Part shown: piece by piece, positions 1-10,815 of the stretch | How positions within the stretch are numbered: the first letter of the stretch is position 1 | Layout of the letters: every line of letters starts with the position of its first letter | From: Lama guanicoe | Lineage: Eukaryota | Length of the DNA stretch: 64,000 bases | Assembly: GCA_013239625.1 (NCBI GenBank) | Contig: MU054400.1 | Coordinates: 231,146-295,145 of the forward strand | Reading direction: 5' to 3' | Translations under genes and position numbers: made by a program | The notes under the pieces: model-generated | Database searches by the model: none | What the model saw: only the letters and a program-made list of their open reading frames with translations | What the model was told of the DNA's origin: nothing

Positions 1-668
1 GGAAAAGGCAAATTAAACCCACTTCACACAGAAGAAAAGCAAAAGTAAGGACTGTAACATCAAATGCCGGTGAGGAGTTGGAATAACCAAAACTCCCACA
101 CACTGCTGGTGGGAGTATAAGGTGGTACGCCCACTTTGAAGAAATGTTAGAATGGGAAATACACATTTACCCTATAACCCTACCATTCTACTCATAGGTA
201 TTTACCCAGCAGAAATTTAAAAAATATATATGGCCATGAAGAGAATTACAGAAGAATGTTTATAGCAGCTCTCCTCCACCCCAGACTGGAAACAATTCAC
301 ATCTCCATTCACACAAGAATGGAGGAATTGTGACATGTTCATTCAACGGAATACTCCTCAGCAGCAGCAAAGAACACACTACTGACACCTGCAACAGTGT
401 GGGTGATCCTTATGAACATCAAATGCATATGTGTGATTCCATTTATACAAAGTTCCAGAACAGGAAAAACCAAAGTATAGTGACAGAAGACCAAAAGTTG
501 TGGTGGGGAGAGGGAACAGTTGACAGGAAAAGGAGCATAAGGGAACTTTCTAGGAGACAGAAATGTTTTACATCCTGTTTTGAATGATATTTACATAACA
601 GTTGCCCAAACACATTGAACTAAATACTAAAATCTGTGCATTTTATTGTATTAAATTATACCAAAAAA
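1..668 (+). mobile_element. Old L1 (L1M-type) 3' fragment: ORF2 end and 3' UTR
   Basis: Degenerate L1 motifs CACACTGCTGGTGGGAGTATAA, ATTCTACTCATAGGTATTTACCC and TGATTCCATTTATACAAAGTTCCAGAACAGG, ending TTTTATTGTATTAAATTATACCAAAAAA; no open frame. Confidence 0.8.
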
Positions 669-727
669 CCCACAAACAAACAAAAAACAGAGCCTGGAGT
701 GACTGGAGTGAATGGTAAATGAGAAAG

Positions 728-2120
728 AACACAGAAATAAACCCACAGACTTATGGCCAATTAATCTTCAACAAAGGAGGCAAGAATATACAATGGAGAA
801 AAGAGTCTCGTCAGCAAGTGGTGCTGGGAAACCTGGACAGCCATATGTAAATCAAATTAGAACACTCCCTCATACCACACACAAAAATAAACTCAAAATG
901 GCTTAAAGACTTAAACATAAGACAAGACACTTTAAGCCTCCTAAAAGAAAACATAGGCAAAACATTTTTTGATGTGAATCTTAGCAATATTCTCCTAGGG
1001 CAGTCTACCCAGGCAATAGAAATAAAAGCCAAAGTTAAAAAATGGGACCTAATAAACTTACAAGCTTTTGCATAGCAAAGGAAACCATAAATAAAATAAG
1101 ACAGCCAATGGAATGGGAGAAAATATTTGCAAAAGATGAGACTGACAAGGGCTTAATTTCCCTCACGTATAAACAGCTCATACAACTTAATAACAAAAAA
1201 ACAAACAACCCAATCCAAAAATGGGCAGAAGACCTAAACAAGCAATTCTCCAGTAAATACATACAAATGGCCAATAGGCACATGAAAAAATGCTCAATAT
1301 CACTAATAATCAGAGAAATACAAATCAAAACTACAATGAGGAATCACCTCACACCAGGCCGTCATTCAAAAATCCACAAATGATAAAGGCTAGAGAGGGT
1401 GTGGAGAAAAAGGAACCCTCTTACACTGTTGGTGGGAATGTAGTTTGGTGCAGCCATTATGGAAAACAGTATGGAGAGTCTTCAAAAAATTAAAAATAGA
1501 CTTACCACATGATCCAAAAGTCACACTTCTGGGCATAAATCCAGATGGAACTCAAATTAAAAAAGATACATGCACCCCGATTTTCAGAGCAGCACTATTT
1601 ATAATAGCCAAGACATGGAAGCAACCTAAATGTCCATTGACAGATGACTAGGAAGAGAAGTTGTGGTATATTTATATAATGGAATACTACTGAACCATAA
1701 AAAAGAATAAAATAATGCCATTTGCAGCAACATGGATGGACCTGGAGATCGTCTAAGTGAAATAAGCCAAAAAGAGACAGAAAGTACCATATGATAACAC
1801 TTATATGTGGAATCTTTAAAAAAGGACACAAATGAACTTATTTACAAAACAGAAACACACTCACAGAAAACAAACTTACGGTTACCTGGAGAGAGAAAGG
1901 GTAGGAAGGGATAAAATGGGAGTTTGAGATTTGCAGATACTAACTACTATATATAAAATAGATAAACAACAAGTTTCTACTGTACAGCACAGGCAACTAT
2001 ATTCAATGTCTTGTAGTAACCTATTATGAAAAGGAATATATATGTGTATGTATGACTGAAACATTATGCTATGCACCAGAAATTGACACAGTGTTGTAAA
2101 CTGACCATACTACAATAAAA
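728..2120 (+). mobile_element. 5'-truncated, relatively young L1 (ORF2 C-terminus plus 3' UTR) with an 11-bp target-site duplication
   Basis: ORF pieces match L1 ORF2p C-terminus ([64 protein letters not shown]); AATAAAA at the end; AAATGAGAAAG at both 717-727 and 2121-2131. Confidence 0.95.
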
Positions 2121-2159
2121 AAATGAGAAAGGAGGAGGAGAAAAGAAAACTGTCTTACA

Positions 2160-2860
2160 ATCACCACGTATTCAACATTCTCTCATTCCATCTAGTCCTT
2201 TCTAGATGCCAGGCCCTGTGCCAGGCACTGGGGATACAGCAAAGAACAAAACCAACAGAAATTCCTGCCCTTACGGATCTTACAATCTGTTCCCAAACAT
2301 TTCTTCTGAGACAGCCAAGACTTGTACATTGTGCACACATCTGTTCTGGGCTGTTTGTTGTTTGCATGTTTTCTTTCTTCTGTTTCCTTCGGGTGGATGG
2401 TAAAGAGTTGGCAGGGTTGGGGGTAATTTTCTGGCAGAGATGATTAGGGGACTGAGAACGTCTGAAGGATGCTTACTTGGTTCTCCAAGCTTGACAACTC
2501 ATTTGTGCATTCAGTCACCCACAGAGCTACAGAGAACCAGATATAGAGAACCAACTGTACAAAAACTAGGCTCCACAGATTTAAAAAGTAAATAAACCAG
2601 GTTCCCCACCCCAAAGATATTCACAGCTTAGTTTTCCCTAGTGAGAGAAAGAGCCATAAAAATACATGATTACAACTCAATGTGATCTGCCTACAACACG
2701 GTGCACAAAAAGCAGACCCCAAAGAGGGGAGCAGTTAACTCTGCTGGGGAAAACTGAAGGGACCTCTTCCCAGAGGAGGTTTGGTAGCATGGGTTTTGAA
2801 GAAGGAAAAGTTTTGCTGCAGGCTGAGGGGAGAGCAGGTGCAGAATAACAACAGGGGTGC
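2160..2860 (-). mobile_element. L2 3' fragments (appear to resume at about 3520-3640)
   Basis: TGCCAGGCACTGGGGATACAGCAAAGAACAAAAC...CCTGCCCTTACGGATCTTACAATCT is the typical antisense L2 3' end. Confidence 0.65.
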
Positions 2861-2906
2861 GGCTGCATTAAGTTTAAAGCGCCGTGGTGGTCCCATGTGG
2901 CCAAGG

Positions 2907-3441
2907 CAATCATTCTCCATCCTGCTGCATATGTAGATCACCTGGAGAGCTATTAAAACTACAGATTCCTTGACCCAACCACCAGCTTGATTAAATCAGA
3001 ATCTTTAGGGCTGGAGTGGAGCCTGCATGAAATTTTAAAATTAAAATTTCAAAGCTCTCCAGGTGATTCTAAGGTACAGCCAGGATTGGGAAGTATTAGG
3101 CTAGAACAGTACTTCTCAAATGTTAATGTCCTATGAGTTACCTGAATCAGTAGGGCTGGTGTGGGCCTGGGAACCTGTGCTTCTGACTAGCCCCCAGCTG
3201 CTGCTGCTGCCGGCCCACAGAACAATCGAGCACGTGGCTGGAACAGTAGTTTTCAGAGTATGGTGCCCATACGCTCAGCATCACCTGGGAACACGGAAAA
3301 AATAACAAAATTTCAGGACCCACCCCAGATATGCTGAATTAGAACCTCCAGGATGGGGATCCAGAAATCTGTGTTTTCAAGCCCACTAGACAATTCTGAT
3401 GCACCTTCAGTCCAAGTCACAATAGTGTTGGAAAACCACTG
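2907..3441. mobile_element. Three adjacent MER5-type hAT-Charlie MITEs (about 2907-3098, 3107-3235, 3244-3441)
   Basis: MER5 motifs AGATCACCTGGAGAGC, AAATCAGAATCT, CCAGGTGATTCT, CAGCATCACCTGGGAA and terminal GAAAACCACTG. Confidence 0.8.
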
Positions 3442-4269
3442 GGCTAGGGCATTAAAAGATTGGGTAATGGTGTTGAAAAATACTAGAAATGTACATGGGG
3501 GACATGGTTATAAAGAAGCTGGTAACATAATGACTTAGAACTTTATCCCAAAGGCAACAGGAAGCCCTTGGACAGTGTTAAGAAGGGGAGTAATCTAACT
3601 GGAAGTTATGTTTTGAGAAAGATCTCTCAGGAAAACATGGACCTTTGAGGCACTTCCTAATCACAGTTTAAAGTGTCCCCGTTGCCTTGATGCCATTGAT
3701 GGTCCCTTCCACCCACCTACCCAGAGGCTCAGGCCCCTACAGAAAGCCCAGTGTTGCGTGAAGGGTCTTGGTCCTGCCTGCTGCTTGCAAATTTCTGCGT
3801 AGCTTGACTTCCTGCTTTCTGACCTACCACTTGTCCAGGCATTCTCCGTCTCTCCTGAGCCCCTTTCCATGATTACTGCCTCTGGCTGTTGGTCCCCTTT
3901 GCCTTGACTTCTCCTGGGGCCATCGCCTCTTGGGTCTTCCCTCCTCGAGGTTAAGTGCTGCCTGCCAGCACCACCCCGACTCCCGTGCCACACCCTCCTC
4001 CCACCCCAAGCAGACTGCAGTGCCTGGGCCCTGGGCTTGTCTGGGAGGAGGCGCTAGACAGAAATAGCTAGGAGCCAGAGGCTGTGAGTCTGGCCGGCAG
4101 TGACTTGCCAGGTGACCACGGCCAAGTCACTTACTTCTAGGCTTCAGTTATCTCATTTATTTAATCCAGCTTCAGGAACTGGATTAAACAATCATTGAAG
4201 AGACCCAATATAGAGCTCTATAATTCCACTGAAAGCATTTGCTGGGCAGGATTACTGTACTAAAAATAT

Positions 4270-4279
4270 ATTGCGCAAT
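4270..4279. promoter_or_regulatory. Perfect palindromic C/EBP motif
   Basis: ATTGCGCAAT read directly; motif match only. Confidence 0.3.
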
Positions 4280-5307
4280 CGCAGGCCTCTTTTCCTGGAT
4301 CTAAAAGTTTATTTTTTAAAAATATAGAATCTATCTTTAAAAGCTCAATATCAAGGTATAGAAGGATAACACTTTTGAAATATGAACTGATGGTTTGCCA
4401 CCAGATTCCTCCCCTTTCTCTCACCCTTCTCTCCTGTTTCAGTAGGTGGACCATCCTGTGCTTATTGCCATGGGACAGAAGCGAAACATCCAAAAGCAGA
4501 AGAAAGGGCATCATCCCTGCTGTGGTTTCCATGAGTCTAAGACTTTAGGGCAGAGGCTGCAAAGTGGTGGCCCTTGGGGCAAAGTTGGGCCACAGATTTT
4601 GTTTGTTTGTTTGATGTACAATGATTTTTGTTTTCCAAAATAAGTTTCCAACATTGAAAATCAGGAAGGTTTGCATAAAGTAAAAATTTCCAAAAATTCT
4701 TCTTGAAAACGGATTGGAGGATTTCACAACTTTAGACCTCAAAGAGAGGTCCGAAGCACCCTTTGTCCTGGATCAAAGTGTCCTGGAAAGAAGCAAGACC
4801 CCAGAGCCTTACCCCGAGTAAGCCGAGCCATGCACAGCCCCAGGGATTCCTTGTGAAGATTGCAGGGAGGTCTGCCAGGGCCAGAACCAGAAGATAGACA
4901 GCTCAGGGGTGACACGGGTGGTCCCATGGCAAGGACTCAGTGGGATGAAGGGTGCATCTCAGCAGATGACTTTGTGGACAAATGACACAGAGGACAGATG
5001 CTGCCTATCACACCCAACTCTTTGGTCCTAGTTAGGCACCTCGGTCCTAGGTAAGCACCCCCAGAATTGAGACACAATCCCCTGGGGCAGAGAGAGAAAT
5101 AGAAAATCTCAAACACAGAGATTAAGTCTCTGCCACAAGATGGAATAGGGACTCAAAATAGAAATTAACCTCCATTTTAGAAAAGTAAAAGAAATGTGTA
5201 TTTTCTGGATGCCTCAGTTTGGGACTTAGATATGTACCCATTAAAAAAGAGCAAAGGATTTAACTCATACAATTGTTTTCTATGTGCACACATCCTTTTA
5301 AAAATGA

Positions 5308-5440
5308 GTGGGAGGGTACAGCTCAGTGGTAGAGTGCATGCCTAGCATGCATGAGGTCCTGGGTTCAATCCCCAATACTTCCATTAAATAAATAAATAAA
5401 CCTAATTACTCCCCCCAAAAAAAACCCCACAAAACAAATT
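5308..5440 (+). mobile_element. Camelid-type tRNA-derived SINE (Vic-1-like)
   Basis: GGGAGGGTACAGCTCAGTGGTAGAG (A box), GGGTTCAATCCC (B box), tail AAATAAATAAATAAACCTAATTACTCCCCCC then A-run. Confidence 0.9.
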
Positions 5441-5574
5441 AAAATAACATCAGGTGTGGGCGAGAAGGGTGGTAAGAGAGAATAACAACTATGGTTGAAT
5501 CTTCCAGAATGAGATAAAAAGTGGTTCATTTTGGAACAGTTTGGGGATAGATTTGATCCTTACACCTTGATCTT

Positions 5575-5735
5575 GATGTACTGGGGGTCATGGACTCCTT
5601 TGAGAAGCAAATAAAAGAGAGAGACTTCTGTCCCCCCAAAAATGTACACAGACACAAAATCTGTGTGAATCCAGAGGCTTCAGAACTCATCCCCTTTGGA
5701 AGCCCATCCATGGACCCCAGGATAAGAAATCTTCC
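5575..5735. mobile_element. hAT-Charlie-type MITE; a related copy lies at about 11695-11830
   Basis: GGGGTCATGGACTCCTTTGAGAA...AAGCCCATCCATGGACCCCAGGATAAGAA resembles a recalled Charlie MITE consensus; subfamily not certain. Confidence 0.55.
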
Positions 5736-5914
5736 CCACAGGGGCTGCCTCCGCCTGCCACTCTTCCTGTCCCCATTTTCTTCTAGGCAATTTCAGTGGA
5801 AAAAAGAAAATCCTCAGCTTATTTGGAGTACAAAGAAAATTGCCACCCACCGTCTGTCACCCTGGCACCCTCGCCATCTGCAGCCTTCCAAGCCCTGGCC
5901 CATTCCCACCCCCC

Positions 5915-6040
5915 ATGGAGCCCGCCTGCGCGGGCCTCTTCCTGTAGGTCTGCTGCGTTCTGAACTCGGCCCCAACACTCTCGCTGGGATGCACGTTATA
6001 AATAGAAGGGGCGAGGCCCTGAGTGCTCACCTCACTTCTC
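5915..6040 (+). promoter_or_regulatory. Candidate core promoter or enhancer: GC box, TATA/MEF2 composite, Inr-like sequence
   Basis: GCCCGCC near 5920; TTATAAATAG at 5996-6005; TCAC motifs 32-37 nt downstream; locally retained CpGs. Confidence 0.3.
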
Positions 6041-6654
6041 GCAGAAGACACTTAGATGTGCTGCCTGTTGGGAGACTCACTCTGAACACAAAAGTATCCT
6101 GGGCAAGAGATGCTCAGCCAGACAGGATGCAGAGTCGTGTGGCTGAAGGTGGGGCAGACAGCACACTGTTCAGTCCATTCGACAAAAGCAGGTGTCCGTC
6201 CAGCCATCGACCATGTTGATGGAGATCTTCCGTGGGGAGAACTGCTTTGGCTTGATGGCACTGTGGAGAAAAGCAATGGAGGCTGGCGACTTGAGTCTGG
6301 AGGACCCACTCACCCATTACACGTACATGGGGGCACTACGTATGTCAGGCACTGGGCCAGGCTCTCAACACCTCCCTGCCTTCCCGAAGCCCCTGTCCTT
6401 CTGCAAGATGGTGGGACTAGAGAGTGCTCATGCCATGTACTTACTCCGTGTGGTCAAGGGCGCTCCTGGCTCCACTGATCTCCTGTGAGGCCTTCAGCAC
6501 GTTGCTTCCTTCTCCGGAGCCTCATTTTTCTCAGTTGTAACATGAGGGTGTTGGACGTGAAGATCCAGCAGGTTCTCTTCCAGGTGGTTAAAAACTCCCT
6601 GGTTCCTTTGGCCTACATACAAAGCTTTTGTGGGAAATTTTACCGTGATCTTCA

Positions 6655-6671
6655 AGCCACTAGATGGCGAT
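6655..6671 (+). promoter_or_regulatory. CTCF-like motif
   Basis: GCCACTAGATGGCG closely matches the CTCF core CCASYAGRKGGCR. Confidence 0.55.
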
Positions 6672-7599
6672 TGCTCTTAGTTTAGGAGGAATGCTGACTT
6701 AGAAGGATTACTGGTTTAAAAAAAAAAAGAAAGAAAGAAAGAAAAATCATCCCCAAAAGTGGGTTGCTTAAAGCAGCGAGGATTTATGTAGAGTTAAGTG
6801 GATGAAATCGAAATGCAAAGCATCTCACAGCGTCTGCTACCCAGATGATAAAATACTCCCAAACAGCTATCAGGCCACCCTATCTCTAAGTCATCTGCGC
6901 TGATTCAGCAGGTGCTGTCTCCTGGTGGTGGTTTGGGAGCAGGCAGCAGGAGCCTCTGCACTGGGGTCAGGAGACCCTCTTCTTGTCCCAGCTCCTCCTC
7001 CACGAGGCTGTGGGACCTGGTGAATCACTCGTCTTCCCTCCGCTTCAACTTCTGCATCTTTAACATGGGGTTCCACCGTGCTCTGCGAATTAGCCCTGGC
7101 TCTAGCACTCTATGATTCTCTGGATAAGATTGCCAAATGCCAGTAAATAAAGACTTCCGGCACTGAATTTGGAGAATTCCAATACTGTCGGCTGCTAGGA
7201 CAAGAGAAAGTAGACTTAGTGCCACATACACATTTACAACACTGCATGCTATCGTGATTACTATCTGCCTTTTGCCAAAGGAGCCTTTGCCAGATGAAAG
7301 GAAAACATCCCTTTAAACAAGTCCAACCTGTTAGGCAGACAAACTCTCTCACTCCATGACCCGAACTGGGCTCAGGCAAACAGCTGGGGTTCCAGAAAAG
7401 AGTCTTCCAGCTCCTTTCCCAGGTCACCACCATTTATTCCTCTCTGCTGTTATTCCACACTGGCTTTACTTCCCCCCACTTCCTTTCCTCTGGGTGCATC
7501 AGACTTCACTCTGGTTAGAAGGAGGAACCCATGGCTCTCAGAACAGAAAATATCCCTTGCTAGAGCCCATGGCCATAAGAGAGCTAGTGCCCCCATCTA

Positions 7600-7742
7600 A
7601 AGCCGTTTCTCAAAGTGGGGTCTGTTGACTACGTGTATCAGAATCAGTTATGCTAAAAATGCAGACTCTTTTCTCTAGGGGGCAGCCTGCAATATGCATT
7701 TTCACAAGCATTCCAGCTGAGACCAAAGTTTCAGTCCCACTG
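7600..7742. mobile_element. MER5-type MITE
   Basis: TTTCTCAAAGTGGGGTC...ATCAGAATC...AAAAATGCAGACTC...TGCATTTTCACAAGC. Confidence 0.6.
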
Positions 7743-9959
7743 CCTCCACACAAGACCCCTTACCGTGGTCAAGGCTACTTCAGTTACAGGCAAGTTAGTG
7801 GAATTCTGGGCACTGAAACCTAATGATTTGAGAAGGTATACATGGCATTTGTTAAAACAGAAAAAAAATGTCAAAGAGAGAGGTTCACAGTAGATCACAC
7901 GGGATCTCTCTGAGTCGCAGTGTTTCTGTGGAAGCCAGACCTGCTCATCATCTTTAAAGGTGGAAAATTTTACATTTTTCTTCCCAAATTCATCAGAATC
8001 AGGGACAGCAACTTACTCTAATTAGCCATCTCATGAGACTGGTAAATAAAGTGAAATATTATTTCGTTAATTGCAAAGAAAGATAAAACTGCTAAGCGAA
8101 CTGGAATATTTAAGTCAGCATGCTGGGGAGTTGCTCTTTTTTAGAAAAGTCTACACAGGAAGGCAAATTACCATTAGCAGGTGGCTTGATGAGCATGGAC
8201 TGAGAGCACGGGAATTAGACAATGTTAATGCCTTGAGATGTGGGGACCAGCAATACAACCTCCACCAAACGGAAGGCAATGAGAACAGACCTGCCTCTTA
8301 ACTAAGCACCTACTATGGACCAGACACGCTCCCTATTTTCAATCTTGCAGGAATATACTTGACAAAGGGACAAGAATCTTCTTGCCAGCTGGTCTGAGCA
8401 CCCTGTGTGTGGAGACCCAGTGATAAATCCTTGCTCATTTTCTTTCTTCTGCTATTTTTTTTGGTAGAACCTGGTGGCCGATACACATGTGTCAACTCCA
8501 TCTTTATTCTGTCCAGTTACAAAACAATTGAACACGGTTCTTGAGAAGCACCTTAGTTCTACTGACTAACAAAATTTCTTAGGTTAACTTGCTCTGCAAA
8601 TGGGATTCTAATCCGTTGCCCGAAATTTCTTTTTCAACCTAATCTGTATGCTTGCTAAATACGTATTTAGCAAAATGAGGCATAACAAATGAAGTATTTG
8701 TGTTCCTACTGAACTATGTTCAAATTATACACCTGCTTAATTCTTAACATCGCTTCCAAAAGCACAACGGAAGCAGCCTTAGATGGAGTGGAGGTGACCC
8801 ACACCTTATTTACACGCAACGCCCATCTAAACGGTGCCTACCTAACTAGCTTTTAGGTTCGGCTCCAATCTAGGTCACAACGGTGTGCACAGCCTCCCTG
8901 ACATCCTCCATCATCCCGTGGGTCCACTTTGTTACCATTAGTCCCTTGTCATGTGGGCTCTATTGATGTGATCTGTCCTCTTGAGGTTTATATAACCTAT
9001 CATTTTTCTTATAACCAACTTAAATTTAGGGGAACGACAAAGCCGGAGAAAGCAGATTATTGAAGTCCTGCTTATCCCTATAACAGGTGCTGGCTGAAAG
9101 AGAAAACACTGGTTTCCTTCCCAAGATTATACATTTAAAATACAAATGAAATAGTAATAATACACATATACATATAAAATGGTCAACACTAAGAGTTAGA
9201 GAAATCATTAGAGAAAATTATACTCTACAAAGTTAGAGAAATAATACTCTTAAAACCTGGTCCACATTTTCCTCTGTCAGTGAAAAGAGAACTAGATTAT
9301 CATAGGGAAGAGAGCCAAGGGCAAAGTTAATACAAAGTAACAAACAACTCACCAGACATTCATGTTTTCATTTGTGATGCACTTTTCAATTTCACAGCAC
9401 AATGCGGAAACAGAGGTAAAGTGTTTTGGGAAACATGTCTGAGCATAGGCAGTCTCTTGATCATGCTTTGTCTTTCCAGACCGCCTTTCCAGCCCTTCTC
9501 TGACCCTGCCTGTTCTTTGACTTCACAAGATCTTCATCAACTTGAGTATTTTATCTCAGTTTTTCGCTTCGCGTCAGTCCTTTCCTGCTTTATCTTTCCC
9601 CCTTCTGCCCAGATCCCATGATGCATCCCTTCACCTACTTTCTACCTAGAAAACCCAGCCTCCTCATCCTTTTGTCCTGCTATTACCCCCTCTTATAAAT
9701 TCCCAACCCTGAATTAACCCAAATTGATCTGTCTTTTCCAGCTCTGCATGCTCGCAGCCAAGCATTAAGAGAAAGAAACACAGTGGGGTGGAATGGGGCT
9801 ACTAGGCATTTAGGATTTCCAGTCTCAACTGGACCTCCAGTGCTTCTAGCCAAACTTGCCAGTTTCATTAGTCGGAAAACCCTCTTCTCCAGGGTAGCTT
9901 CAAACTTTTGTCACTTTTCTCATACTCCCCAGCCCACCTCAAGTAGCCTCACTTTCTTT

Positions 9960-10815
9960 AACTGATAAAATTGAGATGACGAGGTATGAGCTCCCTCAGT
10001 TCCCTGCCCTCCACTCACAAATATATCCTTCCTTCCCTGGTGTCTTGGAGGATGGTTGCTTCAAGACCAGAATCACCAAAGTGCTCTTGATTTACTCTTT
10101 CCTATTTCCAACCAGAAATTTGTCCTGTGAATGATACATTTGTTCTCCTGTTTCTTCAGCTTTTCACTACTACTGGTTTCTTCTCATTATCACTTAATCA
10201 TGTTCAAGTCTCTTCAGACCTAAAAACAATAAACAAAACTCCCACCATCCTGCAGCCTCCTTGAGCTATCACTCTGTTGTTGTCTTTATTTCTTTTTATC
10301 CAGACTTCTGGAGTCATTTCCATTCAGCTTTGCCACATCTTGCTGTCCATCCAACCTTGCAACAAATATGATTTGGCTTCTGCCATTGCAGATCCACAGA
10401 AACCGCTTATCTGAAAGCTGTCAATGACCTCCTCATTGTTAAAGCCAGTGGGCAGTTGGTTCTTTCTTACTTGACTGCCCTGAGATGTTTGACATCATTG
10501 TCTGCTTTCCTGTTGAAACCCCCTCCTGTAATTTCCTGCAGGTGTGTAGGCTGTAGGTATTCTGACGACTTGCAAATCGTGCCTCCAGCCCAAGCCTCCC
10601 CTTGGAGCTTCAGACTCTCATCTCAAACTGCACACCAAATTCTCCACCTGGATCAAAACACAACGTGTCCAAAATGGCTCTCATTTGTTTCTCTCAGAAG
10701 CTCTTCCTCCTGTGTGCCCCAGTTGCCAAGTCAGAAGCCTGGGAGTCATCCGTAATTCTCCCCCAACCCTTGCCCTTACAGCCGCTGTTGCCAAGTTCTT
10801 TCTCCTCTACTGCTT
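9960..10815 (+). mobile_element. L2 fragment
   Basis: Degenerate L2 motifs GTCAATGACCTCCTCATTGTTAAAGCCAGTGG, CCTCCAGCCCAAGCCTC...GAGCTTCAGACTC and CCTGGGAGTCATCC. Confidence 0.7.

Noticed and set aside
3029..3050. 10-bp inverted repeat GAAATTTTAA/TTAAAATTTC
   Set aside because: Almost entirely A/T, low complexity, inside a MITE.
5308..5385. tRNA-like sequences here and at 15015-15131 and 34330-34459
   Set aside because: They carry the SINE tail, A-rich ends and in two cases TSDs; these are SINE heads, not tRNA genes.
5590..6219. 209-aa ORF
   Set aside because: Starts inside a DNA-transposon remnant, has no recognisable domain and no evident exon structure; likely a chance ORF.
9195..9251. 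Locally repeated TTAGAGAAA...ATACTCT units
   Set aside because: Short imperfect slippage duplication, with no regular repeat-spacer structure.
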